Source: Stegostoma tigrinum (lineage: Eukaryota). Taken from it: a stretch of 64,000 nucleotides of DNA. Position numbers and translations under genes: made by a program. Within the stretch, counting starts at the first letter, position 1. Each line of letters starts with the position of its first letter. The stretch is taken from the NCBI RefSeq assembly GCF_030684315.1, contig NC_081385.1, positions 12,806,606-12,870,605 on the forward strand. The letters are read 5' to 3'. The notes under the pieces were generated by a model. It did no database searches and had not been told where the DNA came from. It was given only the letters and a program-made list of their open reading frames with translations. Shown piece by piece: positions 52,520 through 63,560 of the stretch.

Positions 52520-52830
52520 GCCTTTGCTGATCTGACGATATTTTAATGTGTTTCACAGCCAGTGAAGTACTTTTGAAGCATAATCTCTTTTGTAACAAAG
52601 AAAACATGGAGTCAAATTGCACATGGCAAACTCCTACAGACGGATATGTGATAATCATCAATTTATCTGTTTTTGCATTGTTGGCTGAGGGATAAATAAT
52701 GGCCAGGGCACTGGTGATAATACTTTGGACATCTTCAACATCATAGAATCTTTTACACCCGCCTGAGACGGCAGACAAGGCTTGCATTTTAACATCATAT
52801 CTGGACACTGCCACCTCACAAGTGAATATG
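52520..52830 (-). mobile_element. DeuSINE-like element (AmnSINE1/SacSINE1 Deu domain)
   Basis: The reverse complement GAGGTGGCAG...GATGTTAAA...TGTCTGCCGTCTCAGGCGGGTGTAAAAGATTC...CCCTGGCCATTATTTATCCCTCAGCCAAC resembles the recalled Deu-domain consensus. Confidence 0.6.
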
Positions 52831-52984
52831 AGGAGTTTTAGCATGGGAAGAGTATTGAATGGTGAGTCAAATGTCACCTTGAATTCCTATTTGCAATTCC
52901 CGCCCTGACGTATGTCCTGGTGTTGGACACAGAGAATACAGGATTGATGTGAGTTTGCCCGCTGAGCTGGAAGGTTAGTTTTCA

Positions 52985-53018
52985 GACGTTTCGTCACCAT
53001 TCTAGGTAACATCATCAG
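52985..53018 (-). ncRNA. Minimal type I hammerhead ribozyme motif (antisense copy)
   Basis: Exact reverse complement of 56741-56774. Confidence 0.75.
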
Positions 53019-53849
53019 TGAGCCTCCGATGAAGCGCTGGTGTAATGTCCCGCTTTCTAGTTATCTGTTTAGGTTTTCTTGGGTTGGTGATGTCATTTCC
53101 GAATGCAGTTTCGTTTGTGTGCGTTGGGATGGTTTAGAATGGTTTGGGATGCATTAGGGGGATGCATTAGAACATTATTCCAACGAGCCACCACACACTG
53201 CAGCACAGAGGAACTGCGAAGAGCAGAAGAAAATCACCTATACAGCGTATTCAAAAAGAACGGGTACCCTATGAACACAGTCCGCCGATTTCTCAGCAAC
53301 ACACCCAAACGAACAGACAAAACAGGCCCAGAAACCATAATCACTCTCCCCTACATCATTTCCGAAATGACTGCCAGAATACTCTGACCTCTTGGCATCA
53401 GGGTAGCCCACAAACCCACCAACACACTAAAACAGCAACTAATGAACTTAAAATACCCTATACAGACATCAAGCAAAACGAACGTCATCTACAAAATACC
53501 TTGCAAGAACTGTGAGAAACACTACATTGGACAAACAGGCAGAAAGCTAGCCACCAGGATACATGAACATCAACTAGCCACAAAACGACATGACCCACTA
53601 TCATTAGTATCCTTACATACAGATGAGGAAGGACACCACTTTGATTGGGACAACACATCCATCCTAGGACAAGCCAAACAGAGACACGCACAAAAATTCC
53701 TAGAAGCATGGTATTCCAACCGGAACTCCATCAACAAACACATTGATTTGGAGATAATGGGAACTGCAGATGCTGGAGATTCCAAGATAATAAAATGTGA
53801 GGCTGGATGAACACAGCAGGCCAAGCAGCATCTCAGGAGCACAAAAGCT

Positions 53850-53877
53850 GACGTTTCGGGCCTAGACCCTTCATCAG
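53850..53877 (-). ncRNA. Minimal hammerhead ribozyme motif (antisense copy)
   Basis: Exact reverse complement of 56526-56553. Confidence 0.65.
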
Positions 53878-56525
53878 AGAGGGGGATGGGGGGAGGGAAC
53901 TGGAATAAATAGGGAGAGAGGGGGAGGCGGACCGAAGATGGAGAGTAAAGAAGATAGGTGGAGAGGGTGTAGGTGGGGAGGTAGGGAGGGGATAGGTCAG
54001 TCCAGGGAAGACGGACAGGTCAAGGAGGTGGGATGAGGTTAGTAGGTAGCTGGGGGTGCGGCTTGGGGTGGGAGGAAGGGATGGGTGAGAGGAAGAACCG
54101 GTTAGGGAGGCAGAGACAGGTTGGACTGGTTTTGGGATGCAGTGGGTGGGGGGGAAGAGCTGGGCTGGTTGTGTGGTGCAGTGGGGGGAGGGGATGAACT
54201 GGGCTGGTTTAGGGATGCAGTAGGGGCAGGGGAGATTTTGAAACTGGTGAAGTCCACATTGATACCATTAGGCTGCAGGGTTCCCAGGCGGAATATGAGT
54301 TGCTGTTCCTGCAACCTTCGGGTGGCATCATTGTGGCAGTGCAGGAGGCCCATGATGGACATGTCATCAAGAGAATGGGAGGGGGAGTGGAAATGGTTTG
54401 CGACTGGGAGGTGCAGTTGTTTGTTGCGAACTGAGCGGAGGTGTTCTGCAAAGCGGTCCCCAAGCCTCCGCTTGGTTTCCCCAATGTAGAGGAAGCCGCA
54501 CCGGGTACAGTGGATGCAGTATACCACATTGGCAGATGTGCAGGTGAACCTCTGCTTAATGTGGAATGTCATCTTGGGGCCTGGGATGGGGGTGAGGGAG
54601 GAGGTGTGGGGGCAAGTGTAGCATTTCCTGCGGTTGCAGGGGAAGGTTCCGGGTGTGGTGGGGTTGGAGGGCAGTGTGGAGCGAACAAGGGAGTTACGGA
54701 GAGAGTGGTCTCTCCGGAAAGCAGACAGGGGAGGGGATGGAAAAATGTCTTGGGTGTTGGGGTCGGATTGTAAATGGCGGAAGTGTCGGAGGATAATGCG
54801 TTGTATCCGGAGGTTGGTAGGGTGGTGTGTGAGAACGAGGGGGATCCTCTTGGGGCGGTTGTGGCGGGGGCGGGGTGTGAGGGATGTGTTGCGGGAAATG
54901 CGGGAGACGCGGTCAAGGGCGTTCTCAATCACCGTGGGGGGAAAGTTGCGGTCCTTAAAGAACTTGGACATCTGGGATGTGCGGGAGTGGAATGTCTTAT
55001 TGTGGGAGCAGATGCGGCGGAGGCGGAGGAATTGGGAATAGGGGATGGTTACGTGGAACAGTCCCTCTTCCGCACCTACACAGGCCCCAAACCCCACCTC
55101 TTCCTCCGGTACATTGACTGTATCGGCGCCGCCTCTTGCTCCCCAGAGGAGCTCGAACAGTTCATCCACTTCACCAACACCTTCCACCCCAACCTTCAGT
55201 TCACCTGGGCCATCTCCAGCACATCCCTCACCTTCCTGGACCTCTCAGTCTCCATCTCAGGCAACCAGCTTGTAACTGATGTCCATTTCAAGCCCACCGA
55301 CTCCCACAGCTACCTAGAATACACCTCCTCCCACCCACCCTCCTGCAAAAATTCCATCCCCTATTCCCAATTCCTCCGCCTCCGCCGCATCTGCTCCCAC
55401 GATAAGACATTCCACTCCCGCACATCCCAGATGTCCAAGTTCTTTAAGGACCGCAACTTTCCCCCCACGGTGATTGAGAACGCCCTTGACCGCGTCTCCC
55501 GCATTTCCCGCGACACATCCCTCACACCCCGCCCCCGCCACAACCGCCCCAGGAGGATCCCCCTCGTTCTCACACACCACCCTACCAACCTCCGGATACA
55601 ACGCATTATCCTCCGACACTTCCGCCATTTACAATCCGACCCCAACACCCAAGACATTTTTCCATCCCCTCCCCTGTCTGCTTTCCGGAGAGACCACTCT
55701 CTCCGTGACTCCCTTGTTCGCTCCACACTGCCCTCCAACCCCACCACACCCGGCACCTTGCCCTGCAACCGCAGGAAATGCTACACTTGTCCCCACACCT
55801 CCTCCCTCACCCCCATCCCAGGCCCCAAGATGACATTCCACATTAAGCAGAGGTTCACCTGCACATCTGCCAATGTGGTATACTGCATCCACTGTACCCG
55901 GTGCGGCTTCCTCTACATTGGGGAAACCAAGTGGAGGCTTGGGGACCGCTTTGCAGAACACCTCCGCTCAGTTCGCAACAAACAACTGCACCTCCCAGTC
56001 GCAAACCATTTCCACTCCCCCTCCCATTCTCTTGATGACATGTCCATCATGGGCCTCCTGCACTGCCACAATGATGCCACCCGAAGGTTGCAGGAACAGC
56101 AACTCATATTCCGCCTGGGAACCCTGCAGCCATATGGTATCAATGTGGACTTCACCAGTTTCAAAATCTCCCCTTCCCCTACTGCATCCCTAAACCAGCC
56201 CAGTTCATCCCCTCCCCCCACTGCACCACACAACCAGCCCAGCTCTTCCCCCCCCACCCACTGCATCCCAAAACCAGTCCAACCTGTCTCTGCCTCCCTA
56301 ACCGGTTCTTCCTCTCACCCATCCCTTCCTCCCACCCCAAGCCGCACCCCCAGCTACCTACTAACCTCATCCCACCTCCTTGACCTGTCCGTCTTCCCTG
56401 GACTGACCTATCCCCTCCCTACCTCCCCACCTACACCCTCTCCACCTATCTTCTTTACTCTCCATCTTCGGTCCGCCTCCCCCTCTCTCCCTATTTATTC
56501 CAGTTCCCTCCCCCCATCCCCCTCT

Positions 56526-56553
56526 CTGATGAAGGGTCTAGGCCCGAAACGTC
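56526..56553 (+). ncRNA. Minimal hammerhead ribozyme motif of the Neptune element
   Basis: CUGAUGA-A-GGGUC UA GGCCC-GAAA-CG-UC with palindromic ACGU helix III. Helix I is only about 2 bp by eye. Confidence 0.65.
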
Positions 56554-56731
56554 AGCTTTTGTGCTCCTGAGATGCTGCTTGGCCTGCTGTGTTCATCCAG
56601 CCTCACATTTTATTACATTGATTTGGAGCCCATCTACCATCCTCTGAGAAAAAGAACAGGAAATGACATCACCAAACCAAGGAAACCTAAACAGATAAAT
56701 AGAAAGCGTGACATAACACCAGCGCTTCATC

Positions 56732-56790
56732 GGAGGCTCACTGATGATGTTACCTAGAATGGTGACGAAACGTCTGAAAACTAACCTTCC
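56732..56790 (+). ncRNA. Minimal type I hammerhead ribozyme of the Poseidon element
   Basis: UCA-CUGAUGA-U-GUUACC(UAGAAU)GGUGAC-GAAA-CG-UC|UGA. Helix I is UCA/UGA plus distal GGAGG/CCUUCC. Confidence 0.8.
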
Positions 56791-56961
56791 AGCTCAGCGA
56801 GCAAACTCACACCCAGAAACTCAGCCTGAGCTACAAATCTTCTCTAAACTCGCTAATACAGGATTGAATCTAGCAGTGAACGCCTCCACTGTAGAATAGC
56901 AGTTCACTTTCCAGCCTTTCATGTGAGCAGCAACCCCTCACTTAGAGTGCCGGTTGTCATT

Positions 56962-57352
56962 GAAATAAAACAAAATGCTGCAGAGGCTGGAGATTTGAAA
57001 CAAACACACGGAAATGCCTGGAGAAATTCAGTTCTCAAGAAGGGTCACAGGACGCAAAACATTAATTCTGTTTTCTCTCCAAAGAATCTGCCAGACCTGA
57101 GCGTCTCCAGCAATTTCTATTTTTGTTTGTATGAGTTGCCATTGTTTTGGGAAGGAAAAAGAACAAAGATACTAAATCCAAATAAAGCAAAATATTGCAG
57201 ATACCGGAAAAACTCAAATCTGTCAGCGTCTGTGGAGAGAGATAAACTATATTGTCTCAAGTCAGTATGACTCTTCAGAAAATGTTGACTGTTTCTTTCA
57301 CCACAGATGTTGCCATACCTGCTGAGTTTCTCCAGCATTTTCTGTGTTTATT
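56962..57352. mobile_element. Two adjacent old fold-back Penelope mini-elements
   Basis: ~56962-57130 and ~57180-57352 each show AAA..AAAAT.(C/T)TGCAGA..C..G then the inverted ..CCTG(CT)GAG..TCTCCAGCA.TTT, like the element at 48559. Confidence 0.6.
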
Positions 57353-57739
57353 TAAGACGTTATGTCCCTTCAATTGCAGTTACATCTAAGCATGTAAAGC
57401 ATCAAAAGTAAATGTGTAAGATCTGAGAGTTCTTCTACTACTTTACTCTGAACCCAGTAAAATGCTAGCCGAATTATATTCCTCCCCAATAAGCATCACC
57501 TTCACCAGCTGTGTATGACTCCACCACAGGCTGTGCCCTGTTAGCCGGTCTCTGTCTAACTTCTAATTTCAGATTTGCCCCCTATACCAAGTTTGTCAGT
57601 TCCGAGTCTGTCCACCAGAGCCTTGTCTGCCGTCACACTTTTTTTTTGCTTTCAACTCCGTTTTAGTTGCAACATCTGGTCATTTGATATCTGGATCAGG
57701 TGATTGCTTCAATCAAACAAGGGAATCTGCTACTTGTTT

Positions 57740-58396
57740 ATCCCTGAAAGTTTCCACCCAGGTTGATAGGGTTGTTAAGAACGTGCACAGTGTGTTAGGT
57801 TTTATTGGTAGAGGGATTGAGTTTCAGAGCCATGAGGTCATGTCGCAGCTGTACAAAACTCTGCTGCGGCCGCACTTGGAGTATTGCGTACAGTTCTGGT
57901 CGCCGCATTATAGGAAGGATGTGGAAGCGTTGGAAAGGGTGCAGAGGAGATTTACCAGGATGTTGCCTGGTATGGACGGAAGGTCTTATGAGGAAAGGCT
58001 CAGGGACTTAAGGCTGTTTTCGTTAGAGAGAGGAAGGTTAGGAGGTGACCTAATCGAGAAAACAAGGTGATCAGAGGATTAGATAGGTTGGACAATGAGA
58101 GCCTTTTTCCTCAGATGGAGATGGCTAGCACGAGGGGACATAGGTTTAAATTGAGGGGTGATAGATATAGGACAGATGTCAGAGGTAGATTGTTTACTCA
58201 GGTAGTAAGGGCGTGGAATGCCCTACCTGAAACAGTAATAGACTCGCCAAGTTTAAGGGCATTTAAATGGTCATTGGATAAACTTATGGATAATAATGGA
58301 ATAGTGTAGGTTAGATGGGCTTCGGTTTGGTTTCACAGGTTGGCGCAACATTGAGGGCCGAAGCATCTGTACTGCGCTGTAGTGTTCTCTGTTCTA
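57740..58396 (+). mobile_element. CR1/HER1 LINE 3' fragment (relatively young)
   Basis: LYKTLLRPHLEYCVQFWSPHYRKDVEALERVQRRFTRMLPG with a TGTTCT tail. Confidence 0.92.
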
Positions 58397-58640
58397 AAAA
58401 GGAAAAAAGTACAGTTACACTGTGTGAATTGCAAATTTGCCTTGCTTGTGCTGTGGGGCCTCATACTTTTGTCACTGGCAGTGAAAGCAGTCTGTTAGTA
58501 TGATTTTTTTTGCCTCTTCATCTCAGTGATCAACTGTGGCATAATTCCGTTATGCCTGTCTTAGAAATGTCTGCTTCTGGATTAAATAAAGGTTTCTTAA
58601 AACTCAAAGCAAGAATTAACTTGTTATTTTTAATTTCTAG

Positions 58641-59172
58641 TGACCATAAAGATAGCAGCGATGAACGCACTGCCAATGGAACAAAAGCCATATGCTTGAA
58701 GTCTTCAAAATCAAACTCGCGAAAACGCAAGCGATCAAGTAAATCAAATAAAAAGAAACGCAAGAAGAAATCTAGCAAAAAGATGAGGAGGAAGAAACAT
58801 CTACGGAGCAGTGATTCTTCAAGTGACAGTGAAAGCTCAGAGGAGGTGGATTCTGATCAGAGGAAAAGAAGGAAAGCGAAGAAGAAGCACCATAGAAAAA
58901 CTACGCGAAAGCAGAAAAAGTTATCATCCACCTCCTTTGAAAGTGAAAGCAATTCGTCACACAGCAGTGATTCAGACACAACTAGCAAAGATGAAAGTGA
59001 TTCTGGGAGTCAGCTGGAGAAAAGGAAAAAGAAAAGAAAGAAAAAGCGTCACAGGAATATTCCCAAAGATGATGGTGATAAAGAAATAAAAAATAGCCGA
59101 AAGAAGAGAAAAAACTGGAAAATAGCACACAATGATACTTCAGATGACAGTGGAGAAGATGACTTGAATTAG
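58641..59172 (+). CDS. NKAPD1: NKAPD1 last coding exon
   Basis: tag|..DHKDSSDERTANG...Lys/Ser-rich...KRKNWKIAHNDTSDDSGEDDLN*. Confidence 0.93.
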
Positions 59173-61660
59173 ATTTGTACCTTGAAAGTCTGTTCTCGAG
59201 TTCTTAAGGAAATTACTTGAATCGTGTAAACTGAGTCAGACTAAGAACATAATTTTGGTTTTACTGACTTAGTTCAAAAATTGTTTAGTGCTAGTTATGA
59301 ATTTACATTTTGTGCTTCAGGATATCGTTGCACAAAGCAGGCCGTACTCCAGAAAGCTCTTTCACTTGGTGTAAAAGTCTACTTTATCTATGTACCACTG
59401 CGCTGCCGCCGTAAGTGATAAGGTGTGGGATTAAGAGTTTAGGAGCTAGGCCTGTCCGAAGCAGAACCAGTGACAAGTTGCTCAAAAGCTGCTTATCTTC
59501 TCTTGGTTATGAATGCTTTTCTGTACCACACCAAAATTCTGGAAAGATATTGTCGTTGACTTCAGAGTTACCTGTAATATATCAAGCTCTGTGTCTAATT
59601 TCATTTTGCAGAACTGTTCGGTCATTCCAAACAGGCAAAGTCCATGAAGTTGCTTAGCACTTAAAACTGCACTCTGCAATTTTGTCACTATCATTTTGCT
59701 GGGAACTTGAGCTGTTACTTCTAGAAAGGTGGAGATTATGGCAACCTAAGTGATCTTTGTTCTGGTTTGTATAATCTTTCTGACTTGAGCTATATCAATT
59801 GTCATTTCCCTGATGCAGTGGAATTGCTTTTTGTTTAAGAAGAGGCGGTATGAAGCAAAATTACGATTGGTGAGAAGAAGGCAAGATGATCTTACTGATC
59901 GTGCAATGTGCCCAGCTGCTGAAACTTGAATAGGTCAGCCTGCACAATAATGAAAGTCTGCAGTCAGAGAGATTTTGATACTGTGCTCCTGAATGGCAGG
60001 ATTTGCTTTTGATTGAACCAAGTGCTTGCAGCTCTCTCTGCAATCTATATCCTTTGATCCATTCAGTGATTATATGCGAAAGAGCACTGCAGCAGCTGTG
60101 TAGTTCCCTAAAAGCTCCAAACCCCAATCCCTTGAAACTCTAATCATTTGATTGACTGATTTCTGTTTTTATTACTTACACTTAATTATCTTTGCAAAAT
60201 CCACAGATTTTAGAACAATGATTAACTAAAAATGGTCAAAGTAAAAGCAGAGATGATGGGCAACTTCTTTTAATGTGTTGGTTTAATGAAGTACTTTTTT
60301 TCATTTTTATCTTTCAGACTAGAAGAATTTTCACTTCTGGAGTGTTTTTTTCCCTTTAGTTTTCTTTCTGGCTTATGGACACAGTTCAGTGGGTACACTG
60401 CTCACAGGGCCATTTCTTATGCCTTAGCCTGTACAGTAAATATTGGCAGATAATATAAACATTTTATTAACTGTAGCTGAGCCCAATCAGATGTTCACTT
60501 AATGCACACACACATGCACTTTCCAAATGGTGTTTTGAATCAAGAATCCATAAAACTCGGGGATGCTGAAGCTTGCAGTGACCCTCTCACCTGCTATGCT
60601 GCCTACAATCATGAACATCACTCAAAATATAAAGATCTTCTGGTCTTTGTAGCTTTTTTTGTTGATTTGTTGAAGACTTAATAGTGTGAGCTTTTTCCAT
60701 ACTCGATTATTGTTTTTCCCTACCCTTTCTTCCCCAGGTTCTTCTGATTGTCAGGTTCTTATGGGATAGAGTTGAAGGAGCATTGGTAGCTCTCAGGCTG
60801 TTCCACCCAATAATGATTTGTTGTGCAAGGCTGGACAGAAGATGTCGGCGGGCTGCTTGGATATACAGCTCCAGAATGGTTTTATTGTGATTTGTAAGAA
60901 CTGACCTGCCCATTAGTTACATATTGAATGAACTAAACAGTGAGCCTGTAACCTTGTGCTGTTAGTCTTGAAATGATCCTGATTTGTCTTTTGATTTCTT
61001 GGGAATTAAGTGTATGTCCCAGTGTGGTTGAATTAATTCTGATTGAATTAAAACTGCTGGATTTTGATGAAAAGCATTTACTTCAAATGACTAAGGGACT
61101 GGACATATTCTGATTATGGAGTTTTTTTTAAGTTCATGACATTTAATGGGAACTGTTCTTTTAATTTAAAAGTGGTGAAATCGTTTTTGGCAGGGAGCAG
61201 CTAATATCTGCACCAAGTTTTTACAAATCTCAGGCTCAGTGGGAACAGTATTAAGGTTTTGTTCACAGATCATAGTAATGCTTTTTTTTTCCATTTTTTT
61301 CCTCCACCTGCTGAAGCTCTTAACCAGTAAATATTTTCTGCACCAAAACATCCAGGTAAATGTTGAAACCTTCGTTCTGGTGAGCCTTCAACATCAGGGA
61401 ATTGAGCCTTAGTTTAAAAATATTCACTGCTTTATGTACAATTGGTGTATCTAAGCCCTTGTTCTATAAATAGAACTGTTGTGGGTGCTGCTTGGTGATA
61501 TGCAAAGTTAACTTTGGACTATTTCTGCCAATATCTGTTGGTGTCGTCTTTTCCCATGTTACTAAGTGACAGTTTTTTTAAAATCCATTTTGTATTTAAC
61601 CATTAGTATATATTAGCATGAATTTTGCTTAATAAATATTTTAACACTTTAAGTTTTGTT
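59173..61660 (+). other. NKAPD1: Probable NKAPD1 3' UTR
   Basis: Stretch without obvious repeats, ending with AATAAA at 61631-61636 followed by GT/T-rich sequence. Confidence 0.45.
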
Positions 61661-62045
61661 GACTGCTAGCATCCATGAATTGCAAACTTTGTAAGTACTG
61701 TTCACAATTAAAAAGGCACAAACAGGACATCATGGGCTATATTCCTCACTTGTCAGGTGCCATGAGAAAACATAGTGTGTTTTTGACTTTGTTTCTCAAG
61801 GATTTTTCGTTCCGTTGCACAGTGTAAGTGCTGTCTCATTTGAATTGCATTCCTCACTTGAGCTTTGTATAGATGCATTTAATGGAATAATACCACACAA
61901 GTTTCCAGCCAAAGTGATAACTGGCTTAGTCATGCAGTTGTTGATTTTTCTCCCATTTGGTTCGGTATTGAACAAATTTTCTCTGCTCAACCTTTCAATT
62001 CTTTGATGCAGAGTTCCATCATTACCAGTGGCCAGTCTGTGCTTC

Positions 62046-63560
62046 ATTTAGACATTAGACAATAGGTGCAGGAGCAGACAATTCGGCCCGTCGAGCCAGC
62101 GCCACCATTCATTATGATCATGGCTGAGCATCCACAATCAGTATCCTGTTCCTGCCTTATCCCCATAACCCTTGATTCCACTATCTTTAAGACCTTTATC
62201 CATCTCTTTCTTGAAAGTAGCCAGAGAGTTGGCCTCCACTGCCTTCTGGGGCAGAGCATTCCATATATCCACCACACTCTGGGTGAAGAAGTTTTTCCTC
62301 AACTCTGTTCTAAATGGCCTACCCATTATTTTTAAACTGTGTCCTCTGGTTCTGGACTCACCCATCAGCGGAAACATGCTTCCTGCCTCCAGAGTGTCCA
62401 ATCCTTTAATTATCTTATACTCCTCAATCAGATCCCCTCTCATCCTTCTAAATTCAAGTGTATACAAGCCCAGTCACTCCAATCTTTCAACATATGATAG
62501 TCCCACCATTCCAGGAATTAACCTCGTGAACCCACACTGCACTTCCTCAAATTTGGAGACCAAAACTGCATACAAACCAAACAGGTAGATGAGAGTAAAC
62601 CGGTTGATGTGGTGTATATGGATTTCAGCAAGGCGCTCGATAAGGTTCCCCACAATAGGCTATTGTACAAAATGCGGAGGAATGGAATTGTGGAAGATAT
62701 AGCAGTTTGGATCGGAAATTGGCTTGCTGAAAGAAGATAGAGGGTGTTAGTTGATGGGAAATGTTCATCCTGGAGACCAGTTACTAGTGGTGTACCGCAA
62801 AGGTCGGTGTTGGGTCCACTGCTGTTTGTCATTTTTATAAATGACCTGGATGAGGGCGTAGAAGGATGGGTTAGTGAATTTGCAGACGACACTAAGGTCG
62901 GTGGAGTTGTGGATAGTGACGAAGGATGCTGTAGGTTGCAGAGTGACATAGATAAGCTGCAGAGTTGGGCTGAGAGGTGGCAAATGGAGTTTAATGCAGA
63001 CAAGTGTGAGGTGATGCGCTTTGGTAGGAGTAACCGGAAGGCAAAGTACAGGGCTAATGGTAAGATTCTTGGTAGTGTAGATGAGCAGAGAGATCTCGGT
63101 GTCCATGTACATTGAAACATATAAAATAATCAGAGGGTTAGATAGGGTGGATAGGGAGAGCCTTTTTCCTAGGATGGTGATGGCGAGCATGAGGGGGCAT
63201 AGCTTTAAATTGAGGGGTGAAAGATATAGGACAGATGTCAGAGATAGTTTCTTTACTCAGAGAGTGGGAAGGGAATGGAACGCTTTTCCTGCAACGGTAG
63301 TAGATTCGCCAACTTTAAGTACGTTTAAGTCGTCATTGGATAAGCATATGGACGTACTTGGAATAGTGTAGGTTAGATGGGCTTCAGATCGGTATGACAG
63401 GTCAGCACCACATCGAGGGCCGAAGGGCCTGTACTGTGCTGTAATGTTCTAAGTTCTAATACTCCAGGTGCGGTCTCACTAGAGCCCTGTATAGCTGCAG
63501 AAGGACCTATTTGCTCCTATACTCAATTCCGCTTGTTATGAAGGCCAGCATTACATTTGC
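62046..63560 (-). mobile_element. CR1 LINE 3' fragment (minus strand), split by a nested insertion
   Basis: ORF YTLEFRRMRGDLIEEYKIIKGLD. CCAAAACTGCATACAA (to 62575) rejoins TACTCCAGGTGCGGTCTCAC (from 63460). Confidence 0.88.
62576..63458 (+). mobile_element. CR1/HER1 LINE fragment nested in the opposite orientation
   Basis: VTSGVPQRSVLGPLLFVIFINDLD...FADDTKVGG RT motifs, an internal deletion at ~63110 and a TGTTCTAAGTTCTA tail. Same family as 57740-58396. Confidence 0.92.

Larger units (their letters stand above)
53754..56614. mobile_element. Neptune-type Penelope-like element in inverted (fold-back) configuration
   Basis: TSD ACATTGATTTGGAG at 53740-53753 and 56615-56628. Minus arm 53754-55048, plus arm 55047-56614 with RT C-terminus, CNRRKCYTC linker and VVYCIHCTRCGFLYIGET GIY-YIG domain. 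Confidence 0.95.
52948..56854 (+). mobile_element. Poseidon-type Penelope-like element (5'-truncated, inverted terminal copy), host of a nested insertion
   Basis: TSD AATACAGGATTGA at 52935-52947 and 56855-56867. GIY-YIG ORF NVIYKIPCKNCEKHYIGQTGR...NKHIDLE resumes as PIYHPLR at 56629. 52948-53100 is the reverse complement of 56659-56811. Confidence 0.92.
44857..59172 (+). other. NKAPD1: NKAPD1 (C11orf57) gene span: 5 coding exons, 918 nt, 305 aa
   Basis: Diagnostic conserved motifs [35 protein letters not shown] and RWGHSGYKELYPEEFE, plus a Lys/Ser-rich tail ending in NWKIA. Confidence 0.95.

Noticed and set aside
52353-52877. 174-aa minus-strand ORF
   Set aside because: It overlaps the antisense of an NKAPD1 exon and a DeuSINE-like repeat, with no protein-like signal.
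54102-55187. 361-aa minus-strand ORF
   Set aside because: Mirror image of the same inversion, not an independent gene.
54774-56570. 598-aa ORF as a novel gene or intact retroelement protein
   Set aside because: It is a chimera across the inversion junction at ~55048. The first ~91 aa are the antisense reading of the inverted arm; the rest is a truncated Penelope ORF lacking the RT N-terminus and one catalytic Asp.
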